Shown here: in pieces, positions 1 to 12,361 of the stretch
How positions within the stretch are numbered: the stretch's first letter is position 1
Layout: every line of letters starts with the position of its first letter
Assembly: GCA_965240325.2 (NCBI GenBank)
Contig: OZ251222.1
Coordinates: 1,426,001 to 1,490,000, forward strand
Source: Rebecca billardiae RCC1528
Lineage: Eukaryota; Protista; Haptophyta
DNA length: 64,000 nucleotides
Direction of reading: 5' to 3'
The notes under the pieces: model-generated
Database searches by the model: none
What the model saw: the letters and a program-made list of their open reading frames with translations, nothing else
What the model was told of the DNA's origin: nothing
Translations under genes and position numbers: made by a program

Positions 1-516
1 CCTGTCGAAGATGCGAAGAGCGACGACCGCGACGACCGCGTGAACGTCAACGCGCTCGTGCTCAGCGTGACGGCCGTGTGCGATGTCAACGCGACCTGCG
101 CCGATCCCATCATGCCCGGAGCGGACATCGGCAAGCATCCTCGCGACGAACGCTCGGCTGGCGGCAGGAGGACATGCACATGATCTGCTCTGGCGGCTTC
201 GTCGGCGGCGAGGCGCTCGAATACGCCATCGCGGTCGAGATGCGGCACATACAGCGCGTACCCGCGCTTGCGCGGAGCAACGGGCTACCCGCCCCGCCCC
301 GCGTGCTGCATTCCTTCGTGGGTGTGGGCCTCGCTGATCAGCGCACGCCGGACGTGTACGTGTACTCGTGGGAGAACTTCAGGTGTCACTGGTCCGACTG
401 TCCGTCACCCACGGCCACGAGCGAATGTGAAAAGGCGCGAACCCGCAGAGGAAACATTTCGACAGCACTGGCACGGCCCGCCGACTCCCGGCCGCCCGCC
501 AGGGTGCCAGTACAGT
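1..516 (+). repeat. Dispersed repeat, probably a degenerate transposon coding remnant; truncated by the window start
   Basis: Aligns by eye, with indels, to the reverse complement of about 50717-51232. Both copies are frameshifted. Confidence 0.75.
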
Positions 517-719
517 TTTTTTTATTTCGTCAGCATATAGTTATATCATAGAATATAATATTTAATCGTCTAATATATTAAATATATACATATGATAATA
601 TTTATCCCCTTGAGTGTCACGCTGGCTACTGCAGCAAGTACTCTGCGGTCTGCCTTTTAGTTTTACTGTCACTGACGGGACAATACCGTGGGGCGACTCG
701 GATCGCGAGGTGAGTCTCA

Positions 720-2183
720 CTAGCTCCGCCTCTGGAACTTGTTCTCGTGGCTGCCGCCTACTGCGTAGCCGTACGAGCGCGAGTCCATTGGCGGCGTAGC
801 GTAGCGCACGACCGGTGGGCGACCCTGCTCCGAAGCGGAGAGGCGATTCTCGCGCGCGCAGCGCGGCGCTTCGCCGCCCCAGCGCCGCCAGCACGCGCGC
901 GCGATCTGCGCGCGTGCTCGGCGCAGTCCGTCCTTCTCCTTGGACACGTACGCATCCGCGCCGGCCGCAGCGTACATCCGGCGGTCTGCGCTCGAGCCGT
1001 TGCACGAGACGACAAAGGCGACGAGGTTGTGCTCGGCCTCGGGCACCGCGGCGCGCACGCGCGAGATCACGCTCGAGCCCCGGGGCACACCCACGCCGAG
1101 ATCCTGGTCGGAGAAGAGCACGACGGGCCCGGCGCGCACCAGTGCGGCGAGCGTCTCCGCGTATTCGATCAGCTGCGCTCGTTCGCTCTCCTCCGTCGCG
1201 TCGACGGGCGGGAAGACGATGGGCTGCTGGCGCGGGCTGCTGCCGGCCGCGTCGGCTGCGCCCTCGAGCAGCGCGCCCACGCGCGAGCGCATGATGGCGC
1301 GCGTCGTCCGCGAGTCGTCGACGATGAGGACGGTCGCCGACGCCGGGATGCTGAACTCGTCGATCGCGCGCGCCTCGGACGCGCTCAGCATCCCGACCGG
1401 CACGTCCATCCGGCAGAGGAGGTGGCGCGGCGCGCCCTCCGCGTACACAGGCGGCACGACTCGGCCGCCGAGCGCGGCTGCGCAGCGCTGGATGAGAACC
1501 CTGTGGCGCGCGGCGGTCGGGCGCGCGCGGAGAGACACAGGTCAGCCTTTGCGCCGCAACCACCGTCCCCGCCTTCGCACTCCGCACGCCGGCGCGAGCG
1601 CGCACCGCGTGCCGCTCTCCAGCACCTCCGACAGGTCCTCCGCGTCGCACGACAGCGAGTCCGCCACCACGTCGATGGTGAGCGTGGAGTGCGCGAGGGT
1701 GAGGGCAAGCCGCGGGCGCCATTCGATCCCAAGCATGTGTAGGTCACGGCAGGCCGCCGCCACCGCCACTCGGATGGGTGCGGGGTCGACCTCGACGGTG
1801 CCCTCGGTCCACGAGTGCGTGTCTTCTTCCATCATGTCGTCGTCGCTGCCGGCGATGGTGAGGTCGACGTCGGCGTCGTCCTTGTCGACGATCTCGCTCA
1901 AGTGCACGAGTTCGGGTGTCGGCGTGTACGCGCCAGCGACGAGCGCCTCGTGCACCACCGTGCTCTGGAGGCGGTTCATTGCGTCGCGTATCTCGCGCGC
2001 CGCGTCCTCGAGCGCGGGTTGTTGCGGCGTGGGCGCAGCGCGGGCCAGCTCGTCGAGAATGGCCGTTGCGCGGATCAGCGGGTTACGGAAGCCATCCTCG
2101 AGCGAGCACAGCGCGTGGCTGGTGAGCGACGCGCCGCTGCACAAGCTCGCGCGGCTGCCGTCGTCGTTGTGGGAGGCCTGCAT
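720..2183 (-). CDS. Hybrid histidine-kinase-like/response-regulator protein, copy 1; complement(join(720..1500,1606..2183)), 452 aa
   Basis: Receiver motifs VLIVDDS, VLFSDQD, VVSCN, GADAYVSK. HisKA-like LEDGFRNPL and AGAYTPTPELVHL. Intron 1501-1605 (GTGCGC...GCTGAC...CACAG) joins ESGTR to VLIQRCAAALGGRV, a degenerate G2 region. Confidence 0.8.
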
Positions 2184-2325
2184 CGGGCCGCCGGGTGGTC
2201 CACGAGAGGAGTGGATCGACGAGGGGTTGTGTCGCACGCGCGCGCAGAAATCTGTGAGAATTCGGCCGTTTGCGCCGGTTTCAAGCAGCTATTGCCGCAG
2301 CCAGCTTTAACGGTACCCTATTTAA

Positions 2326-3347
2326 GGTGGCACGGCAGGAAACCGCCGGACTGCGACGTAACAGCCATGGCTGCCGCGTGCGCACGCCGATTGGGGGCTC
2401 GTGCGCGCCGAGCGCGTACAGCACGGTCCGGAGCGCATGCCGGGTGGTCAAAGCACGTGCGCCGGCCTCCTGGCTCGCCCCCTGATGAGCTCGTCGCGTC
2501 TCTCCTCACGCTCCAGCCGTGGACCAGCGTGCACACGTGCGGGTCGGCTGGCGATCTGCAGACGCGGTGGATGCGCTGCATGGTTTGTGCGCCACTGGCC
2601 GCCCAGATGGTCAGAGCGTACGGGGGTGGGCGTGCACACGTGCGTCCAGTCGTTTGAACCGCGCGCCGAGGCTGTTTTGGAGGTGTGCACCTACTCGCGG
2701 ATGTCGGCGGCACTCCGTGGGCAGCCCGTGGGGCCAGAGAAGCCACGGCGGGCAGCATTCGGGCGAGATGTACACGGCCCCATGGCGGCAGGCCCCCGAG
2801 CAGCCTGTTCTAGCCACGGACACAGGCGAAGCCCGTATCAATGACCTCGGCGGGACCCGTAGCGTACGCACAGAGCGCTCCCTGCCGTCATGGGGCCATG
2901 TACATCTCGCCCGAATGCTGCCCGCCGTGGCTTCTGTGGCCCCACGGGCTGCCCACGGAGTGCCGCCGACATCCGCGAGTAGGTGCTCACCTCCAAATCA
3001 GCCTCGGCGCGCGGTTCAAACGACTGGACGCACGTGTGCACGTCCGCCCCCGTACGCCCTGACCATCTGGGCGGCCAGTGGCGCACATACCATGCAGCGC
3101 ATCCACCGCGTCTGCAGCTCGCCAGCCGACCCACACGTGTGCACGCTGGTCCACGGCTGGAGCGTGAGGAGAGACGCGACGAGCTCATCAGGGGGCGAGC
3201 CAGGAGGCCGGCGCACGTGCTTTGACCACCCGGCATGCGCTCCGGACCGTGCTGTACGCGCTCGGCGCGCACGAGCCCCCAATCGGCGTGCGCACGCGGC
3301 AGCCATGGCTGTTACGTCGCAGTCCGGCGGTTTCCTGCCGTGCCACC
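2326..3347. mobile_element. Non-autonomous foldback DNA transposon, 1022 bp, TTAA TSD (Kolobok-like termini)
   Basis: Inverted arms 2326-2792 and 2881-3347 (467 bp) with an 88-bp spacer. Termini GGTGGC...GCCACC. TTAA at 2322-2325 and 3348-3351. Sister array units show the empty site CCCTATTTAAATCC. Confidence 0.93.
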
Positions 3348-4559
3348 TTAAACCCTTTAAAAACATTGGCCCTGCTCGCCAGCTCTCCACGAGCTTGATG
3401 ATGAACACACCTGTACTACCACCATAGTAGTAGATCATCATTCTCCAGCAGCTCTTCACGAGCTCATTACGACAAAGTTGAATGAAAGACGACAAACGTC
3501 GTCAGACTGATTCTATGATTTCAGCACGTGCATCACGAGTCACCGAAAAGATGAATACCCATTCAGGCCCTCATCACCTCCTTCATCATCTCCCTATCAG
3601 CTCTCCACAAGCTCATTGCGACCAAGTTGAATCAAGTGCAATAGTACGATCATTGGTTGCTATTGGCGACGTTAAAAATGCAGCTCGCTCGTCGAGCAGT
3701 TGTCGCCGTTTGCTCTCCCACCCTACGCCTTCCCCGCAAACTTAGGGCTTGATTCCCACTCTTCACCCCCGTTTTTGCTGTCGACCTGTCGTCAGGGCGT
3801 TGAGGTGGGCGTTCTGCGCCAGTGTGAGTGCCACGTGGCCTGGTAGCACTGCCTACTCCAGTACTGTACTCTCTGACTTACGTCAGCCCGTGTCGGGTGA
3901 CCTCAGCCGCAGTTGGCATCATCGCGCGCGGGCGCGCACGCACGCCGCTGCTGGCCGGCGACGTGATGAGTGCGTCGGGCAGCGTGTGCGCACGAATCGA
4001 GTGTCAGCAGCAGCGCTCGCTCGCGCTCAGCGGGTATACATGCGTGCTTGCTAGTCATCTGGATCAGCAGGCTACCAGCCGTGGTGGACGTTGCAGCAGA
4101 TGGGGTGAAAGGCTCGACCGCACAACGGGCAAAAGGAGGGCGAGAGCGACGGTAACTGCCACCGTGCCTACGTTCGCGAGAGGGCTGAGCACCTTGACCT
4201 TACGCCTCGCCGTGCGCCGTGGCTGGCCGATGGATTGGATGCACATTCCCCACCTCCAGCGTCGCGCGTGGGCTCTGAGCCGGGTAGTGTCTCAACGGCC
4301 TCGTCGTCTGCCGGTTTGTTGCGCAGGCGGCCAAGTTTGTCGTCCTCAGATGGCCCATCGCTGGGCCCATCGTCTGCTTTGTCACCCATATGATATCGAC
4401 CGTACCGACCCTTCAGCTCGCGACCCTGCGCGCACGGACGCCATCGCGAAGGGTCGGACCCCACCCTTCACGCAATCACGCTCCTGCCCGCGCCGGCCAG
4501 ACATCGAATTTGATATTGAACATCAATGAACTCTACTCAGATCCGAGGACATTGGAGCT

Positions 4560-4766
4560 ATCTCGCCTGCCTGAGCTGTGTGCGTCTCTCATTCTTAGTC
4601 AACTGTAGCTAGTACAGACTACTACTGTCGGAAAGGATGATAACCCGGCGAAACCACTGAGCTAACGGTCCTCGCGAACCGATTTAGCTCAGTCGTTTCG
4701 GGCTCTTCATCTCCTCCCGGACAACTACGAAGAACAAGAGACGCACACAGCCAGCACGGGCGAGAT
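4560..4766. repeat. Imperfect hairpin of about 200 bp in each array spacer (also about 8122-8334 and, partly deleted, from about 11706)
   Basis: TCTCGCC...GCTGTGTGCGTCTCTCATTCTT pairs with AAGAACAAGAGACGCACACAGC...GGCGAGA. Inner stem CGAAACCACTGAGCTAA / TTAGCTCAGTCGTTTCG. Confidence 0.7.
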
Positions 4767-4856
4767 GGACGTATCCGCCGCTTCTACAGTCTACTACTCA
4801 GCTGAGCAGAACCTCTAGGCTACTACCGCCTACTACTAGCTCGGCCAGCGGGGAAT

Positions 4857-4987
<131 letters not shown>

Positions 4988-5296
4988 CCGCGCAGGTCTC
5001 TCTCGGCTCTATACGGTTCACTGCGGCTTCACTGTGAATAAGCAGTGTCACACTCACTGACACTCAAGCGGGCAGCGGCTACTAGCCTTCGTCGGCGGTG
5101 GCCGCGGTGGGCAGGACACACTGTCATAGATCGCGGTATATTAATAGTAGTCGTTCACTTAAATATTCACCAGGCAGCGGAATAATATTCTAGCCGTCGT
5201 AGCTAGACTTTATTCGACACTTTAATAAATTATAATTCTAATAATAATACCAAATGTAGAACTAGGCCCATGACCAGTAAAGAGCGCGAAATAAGA

Positions 5297-6764
5297 CTAC
5301 CACCGCCTCTGGAACTTGTTTTCGTGGCTGCCGCCCACTGCGTTGAAGCCGTACGAGCGCGACTCCATTGGCGGCGTAGCGTAGCGCACGACCGGTGGGC
5401 GACCCTGCTCCGAAGCGGAGAGGCGATTCTCACGCGCGCAGCGCGGCGCTTCGCCGCCCCAGCGCCGCCAGCACGCGCGCGCGATCTGCGCGCGTGCTCG
5501 GCGCAGCCCGTCCTTCTCCTTGGACACGTACGCATCCGCGCCGGCCGCAGCGTACATCCGGCGGTCTGCGCTCGAGCCGTTGCACGAGACGACAAAGGCG
5601 ACGAGGTTGTGCTCGGCCTCGGGCACCGCGGCGCGCACGCGCGAGATCACGCTCGAGCCCCGGGGCACACCCACGCCGAGATCCTGGTCGGAGAAGAGCA
5701 CGACGGGCCCGGCGCGCACCAGTGCGGCGAGCGTCTCCGCGTATTCGATCAGCTGCGCTCGTTCGCTCTCCTCCGTCGCGTCGATGGGCGGGAAGACGAT
5801 GGGCTGCTGGCGCGGGCTGCTGCCGGCCGCGTCGGCTGCGCCCTCGAGCAGCGCGCCCACGCGCGAGCGCATGATGGCGCGCGTCGTCCGCGAGTCGTCG
5901 ACGATGAGGACGGTCGCCGACGCCGGGATGCTGAACTCGTCGATCGCGCGCGCCTCGGACGCGCTCAGCATCCCGACCGGCACGTCCATCCGGAAGAGGA
6001 GGTGGCGCGGCGCGCCCTCCGCGTACACGGGCGGCACGACTCGGCCGCCGAGCGCGGCTGCGCAGCGCTGGATGAGAACCCTGTGGCGCGCGGGCGGTCG
6101 GGCGCGCGCGGAGAGACACAGGTCAGCCTTTGCGCCGCAACCACCGTCCCCGCCTCTGCACTCCGCACGCCGGCGCGAGCGCGCACCGCGTGCCGCTCTC
6201 CAGCACCTCCGACAGGTCCTCCGCGTCGCACGACAGCGAGTCCGCCACCACGTCGATGGTGAGCGTGGAGTGCGCGAGGGTGAGGGCAAGCCGCGGGCGC
6301 CATTCGATCCCAAGCATGTGTAGGTCACGGCAGGCCGCCGCCACCGCCACTCGGATGGGTGCGGGGTCGACCTCGACGGTGCCCTCGGTCCACGAGTGCG
6401 TGTCTTCTTCCATCATGTCGTCGTCGCTGCCGGCGATGGTGAGGTCGACGTCGGCGTCGTCCTTGTCGACGATCTCGCTCAAGTGCACGAGTTCGGGTGT
6501 CGGCGTGTACGCGCCAGCGACGAGCGCCTCGTGCACCACCGTGCTCTGGAGGCGGTTCATTGCGTCGCGTATCTCGCGCGCCGCGTCCTCGAGCGCGGGT
6601 TGTTGCGGCGTGGGCGCAGCGCGGGCCAGCTCGTCGAGAATGGCCGTTGCGCGGATCAGCGGGTTACGGAAGCCATCCTCGAGCGAGCACAGCGCGTGGC
6701 TGGTGAGCGACGCGCCGCTGCGCAAGCTCGTGCGGCTGCCGTCGTCGTTGTGGGAGGCCTGCAT
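5297..6764 (-). CDS. Hybrid histidine-kinase-like/response-regulator protein, copy 2; complement(join(5297..6080,6187..6764)), 453 aa
   Basis: Same motifs as copy 1. The 106-nt intron restores the frame, and the 1-bp indel relative to copy 1 lies inside the intron. Confidence 0.8.
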
Positions 6765-8424
6765 CGGGCCGCCGGGTGGTCCACGAGAGGAGTGGATCGA
6801 CGAGGGGTTGTGTCTCAGACGGGACGGGCACGCGCGCGCAGCAATCTGTGAGAATTCGGCCGTTTGCGCCGGTTTCAAGCTATTGCCGCAGCCAGCTTTA
6901 ACGGTACCCTATTTAAATCCTTTAAAAACATTGACTACCCTGCTTGCCAGCTCTCCACGAGCTTGATGATGAACACACCTGTACTACCATAGTAGTAGAT
7001 CATCATTCTCCAGCAGCTCTTCACGAGCTCATTACGACAAAGTTGAATGAAAGACGACAAACGTCGTCAGACTGATTCTATGATTTCAGCACGTGCATCA
7101 CGAGTCACCGAAAAGATGAATACCCATTCAGGCCCTCATCACCTCCTTCATCATCTCCCTATCAGCTCTCCACAAGCTCATTGCGACCAAGTTGAATCAA
7201 GTGCAATAGTACGATCATTGGTTGCTATTGGCGACGTTAAAAATGCAGCTCGCTCGTCGAGCAGTTGTCGCCGTTTGCTCTCCCACCCTACGCCTTCCCC
7301 GCAAACTTAGGGCTTGATTCCCACTCTTCACCCCCGTTTTTGCTGTCGACCTGTCGTCAGGGCGTTGAGGTGGGCGTTCTGCGCCAGTGTGAGTGCCACG
7401 TGGCCTGGTAGCACTGCCTACTCCAGTACTGTACTCTCTGACTTACGTCAGCCCGTGTCGGGTGACCTCAGCCGCAGTTGGCATCATCGCGCGCGGGCGC
7501 GCACGCACGCCGCTGCTGGCCGGCGACGTGATGAGTGCGTCGGGCAGCGTGTGCGCACGAATCGAGTGTCAGCAGCAGCGCTCGCTCGCGCTCAGCGGGT
7601 ATACATGCGTGCTTGCTAGTCATCTGGATCAGCAGGCTACCAGCCGTGGTGGACGTTGCAGCAGATGGGGTGAAAGGCTCGACCGCACAACGGGCAAAAG
7701 GAGGGCGAGAGCGACGGTAACTGCCACCGTGCCTACGTTCGCGAGAGGGCTGAGCACCTTGACCTTACGCCTCGCCGTGCGCCGTGGCTGGCCGATGGAT
7801 TGGATGCACATTCCCCACCTCCAGCGTCGCGCGTGGGCTCTGAGCCGGGTAGTGTCTCAACGGCCTCGTCGTCTGCCGGTTTGTTGCGCAGGCGGCCAAG
7901 TTTGTTGTCGTCCTCAGATGGCCCATCGCTGGGCCCATCGTCTGCTTTGTCACCCATATGATATCGACCGTACCGACCCTTCAGCTCGCGACCCTGCGCG
8001 CACGGACGCCATCGCGAAGGGTCGGACCCCACCCTTCACGCTCCTGCCCGCGCCGTGGCCAGACATCGAATTTGATATTGAACATCAATGAACTCTACTC
8101 AGATCCGAGAACATTGGAGCTATCTCGCCTGCCTGATGAGCTGTGTGCGTCTCTCATTCTTAGTCAACTGTAGCTAGTACAGACTACTACTGTCGGAAAG
8201 GATGATAACCCGGCGAAACCACTGAGCTCACGGTCCTCGCGAACCGATTTAGCTCAGTCGTTTCGGGCTCTTCATAATCTCCTCCCGGACAACTACGAAG
8301 AAGAAGAGACGCACACAGCCAGCACGGGCAAGATGGATGTATCCGCCGCTTCTACAGTCTACTACTCAGCTGAGCAGAACCTCTAGGCTACTACCGCCTA
8401 CTACTAGCTCGGCCAGCGGGGAAT

Positions 8425-8573
<149 letters not shown>

Positions 8574-8881
8574 CGTCCGCGCAGGTCTCTCTCGGCTCTA
8601 TACGGTTCACTGCGGCTTCACTGTGAAGCAGTGTCACAGGCTCACTCAAGCGGGCAGCGGCTACTAGCCTTCCGCGTCGGCGGTGGCCGCGGTGGGCAGG
8701 ACACATGTCATCGCGGTATATTAATTTAATAGTAGTAGTCGTTCACTTAATATTCACCAGGCAGCGGAATTAATATTCTAGCCGTCGTAGCTAGACTTTA
8801 TTCGACACTTTAAACTTATAATAATTCTAATACCAAATGTATTATAACTAGGCCCATGACCAGTAAGAGCGCGAAATAAGA

Positions 8882-10349
8882 CTACCACAGCCTCTGGAAC
8901 TTGTTCTCGTGGCTGCCGCCCACTGCGTTGAAGCCGTACGAGCGCGAGTCCATTGGCGGCGTAGCGTAGCGCACGACCGGTGGGCGACCCTGCTCCGAAG
9001 CGGAGAGGCGATTCTCGCGCGCGCAGCGCGGCGCTTCGCCGCCCCAGCGCCGCCAGCACGCGCGGGCGATCTGCGCGCGTGCTCGGCGCAGCCCGTCCTT
9101 CTCCTTGGACGCGTACGCATCCGCGCCGGCCGCAGCGTACATCCGGCGGTCTGCGCTCGAGCCGTTGCACGAGACGACAAAGGCGACGAGGTTGTGCTCG
9201 GCCTCGGGCACCGCGGCGCGCACGCGCGAGATCACGCTCGAGCCCCGGGGCACACCCACGCCGAGATCCTGGTCGGAGAAGAGCACGACGGGCCCGGCGC
9301 GCACCAGTGCGGCGAGCGTCTCCGCGTATTCGATCAGCTGCGCTCGTTCGCTCTCCTCCGTCGCGTCGACGGGCGGGAAGACGATGGGCTGCTGGCGCGG
9401 GCTGCTGCCGGCCGCGTCGGCTGCGCCCTCGAGCAGCGCGCCCACGCGCGAGCGCATGATGGCGCGCGTCGTCCGCGAGTCGTCGACGATGAGGACGGTC
9501 GCCGACGCCGGGATGCTGAACTCGTCGATCGCGCGCGCCTCGGACGCGCTCAGCATCCCGACCGGCACGTCCATCCGGAAGAGGAGGTGGCGCGGCGCGC
9601 CCTCCGCGTACACGGGCGGCACGACTCGGCCGCCGAGCGCGGCTGCGCAGCGCTGGATGAGAACCCTGTGGCGCGCGGGCGGTCGGGCGCGCGCGGAGAG
9701 ACACAGGTCAGCCTTTGCGCCGCCACCACCGTCCCCGCCTTCGCACTCCGCACGCCGGCGCGAGCGCGCACCGCGTGCTGCTCTCCAGCACCTCCGACAG
9801 GTCCTCCGCGTCGCACGACAGCGAGTCCGCCACCACGTCGATGGTGAGCGTGGAGTGCGCGAGGGTGAGGGCAAGCCGCGGGCACCATCCGATCCCAAGC
9901 ATGTGTAGGTCACGGCAGGCCGCCGTCACCGCCACTCGGATGGGTGCGGGGTCGACCTCGACGGTGCCCTCGGTCCACGAGTGCGTGTCTTCTTCCATCA
10001 TGTCGTCGTCGCTGCCGGCGATGGTGAGGTCGACGTCGGCGTCGTCCTTATCGACGATCTCGCTCAAGTGCACGAGTTCGGGTGTCGGCGTGTACGCGCC
10101 AGCGACGAGCGCCTCGTGCACCACCGTGCTCTGGAGGCGGTTCATTGCGTCGCGTATCTCGCGCGCCGCGTCCTCGAGCGCGGGTTGTTGCGGCGTGGGC
10201 GCAGCGCGGGCCAGCTCGTCGAGAATGGCCGTTGCGCGGATCAGCGGGTTACGGAAGCCATCCTCGAGCGAGCACAGCGCGTGGCTGGTGAGCGACGCGC
10301 CGCTGCGCAAGCTCGTGCGGCTGCCGTCGTCGTTGTGGGAGGCCTGCAT
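8882..10349 (-). CDS. Hybrid histidine-kinase-like/response-regulator protein, copy 3; complement(join(8882..9665,9772..10349))
   Basis: Same motifs and intron as copy 2; open frame after splicing. Confidence 0.8.
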
Positions 10350-12005
10350 CGGGCCGCCGGGTGGTCCACGAGAGGAGTGGATCGACGAGGGGTTGTGTCT
10401 CAGACGGGACGGGCACGCGCGCGCAGCAATGTGTGAGAATTCGGCCGTTTGCGCCGGTTTCAAGCTATTGCCGCAGCCAGCTTTAACGGTACCCTATTTA
10501 AATCCTTTAAAAACATTGACCCTGCTCGCCAGCTCTCCACGAGCTTGATGATGAACACACCTGTACTACTACCATAGTAGTAGATCATCATTCTCCAGCA
10601 GCTCTTCACGAGCTCATTACGACAAAGTTGAATGAAAGACAAACGTCGTCAGACTGATTCTATGATTTCAGCACGTGCATCACGAGTCACCGAAAAGATG
10701 AATACCCATTCAGGCCCTCATCACCTCCGGTCATCATCTCCCTATCAGCTCTCCACAAGCTCATTGCGACCAAGTTGAATCAAGTGCAATAGTACGATCA
10801 TTGGTTGCTATTGGCGACGTTAAAAATGCAGCTCGCTCGTCGAGCAGTTGTCGCCGTTTGCTCTCCCACCCTACGCCTTCCCCGCAAACTTAGGGCTTGA
10901 TTCCCACTCTTCACCCCCGTTTTTGCTGTCGACCTGTCGTCAGGGCGTTGAGGTGGGCGTTCTGCGCCAGTGTGAGTGCCACGTGGCCTGGTAGCACTGC
11001 CTACTCCAGTACTGTACTCTCTGACTTACGTCAGCCCGTGTCGGGTGACCTCAGCCGCAGTTGGCATCATCGCGCGCGGGCGCACACGCACGCCGCTGCT
11101 GGCCGGCGACGTGATGAGTGCGTCGGGCAGCGTGTGCGCACGAATCGAGTGTCAGCAGCAGCGCTCGCTCGCGCTCAGCGGGTATACATGCGTGCTTGCT
11201 AGTCATCTGGATCAGCAGGCTACCAGCCGTGGTGGACGTTGCAGCAGATGGGGTGAAAGGCTCGACCGCACAACGGGCAAAAGGAGGGCGAGAGCTGACG
11301 GTAACTGCCACCGTGCCTACGTTCGCGAGAGGGCTGAGCACCTTGACCTTACGCCTCGCCGTGCGCCGTGGCTGGCCGATGGATTGGATGCACATTCCCC
11401 ACCTCCAGCGTCGCGCGTGGGCTCTGAGCCGGGTAGTGTCTCAACGGCCTCGTCGTCTGCCGGTTTGTTGCGCAGGCGGCCAAGTTTGTTGTCGTCCTCA
11501 GATGGCCCATCGCTGGGCCCATCGTCTGCTTTGTCACCCATATGATATCGACCGTACCGACCCTTCAGCTCGCGACCCTGCGCGCACGGACGCCATCGCG
11601 AAGGGTCGGACCCCACCCTTCACGCTCCTGCCCGCGCCGTGGCCAGACATCGAATTTGATATTGAACATCAATGAACTCTACTCAGATCCGAGAACATTG
11701 GAGCTATCTCGCCTGCCTGATGAGCTGTGTGCGTCTCTCATTCTTAGTCAACTGTAGCTAGTACAGACTACTACTGTCGGAAAGGATGATAACCCGGCGA
11801 AACCACTGAGCTCACGGTCCTCGCGAACCGATTTAGCTCAGTCGTTTCGGGCTCTTCATAATCTCCTCCCGGACAACAAAAGACGCACACAGCCAGCACG
11901 GGCAAGATGGATGTATCCGCCGCTTCTACAGTCTACTACTCAGCTGAGCAGAACCTCTAGGCTACTACCGCCTACTACTAGCTCGGCCAGCGGGGAATGC
12001 TCTCT

Positions 12006-12050
<45 letters not shown>

Positions 12051-12361
12051 CGTCCGCGCAGGTCTCTCTCGGCTCTATACGGTTCACTGCGGCTTCACTG
12101 TGAAGCAGTGTCACACTCACTCAAGCGGGCAGCGGCTATACTAGCCTTCCGCGTCGGCGGTGGCCGCGGTGGGCAGGACACATGTCATCGCGGTATATTA
12201 ATTTAATAGTAGTAGTCGTTCACTTAATATTCACCAGGCAGCGGAATTAATATTCTAGCCGTCGTAGCTAGACTTCATTCGACACTTTAAACTTATAATA
12301 ATTCTAATACCAAATGTATTATTATAACTAGGCCCATGACCAGTAAGAGCGCGAAATAAGA

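Noticed and set aside
1501-1605. Stop codon or frameshift suggesting the kinase copies are pseudogenes or two genes
   Set aside because: A canonical intron with donor, branch point and acceptor explains it in all four copies.
3482-4608. ORFs repeated in the array spacers
   Set aside because: No recognisable domain, and frame-breaking indels occur between copies (e.g. about 11296 and 4474). A decayed gene cannot be excluded.
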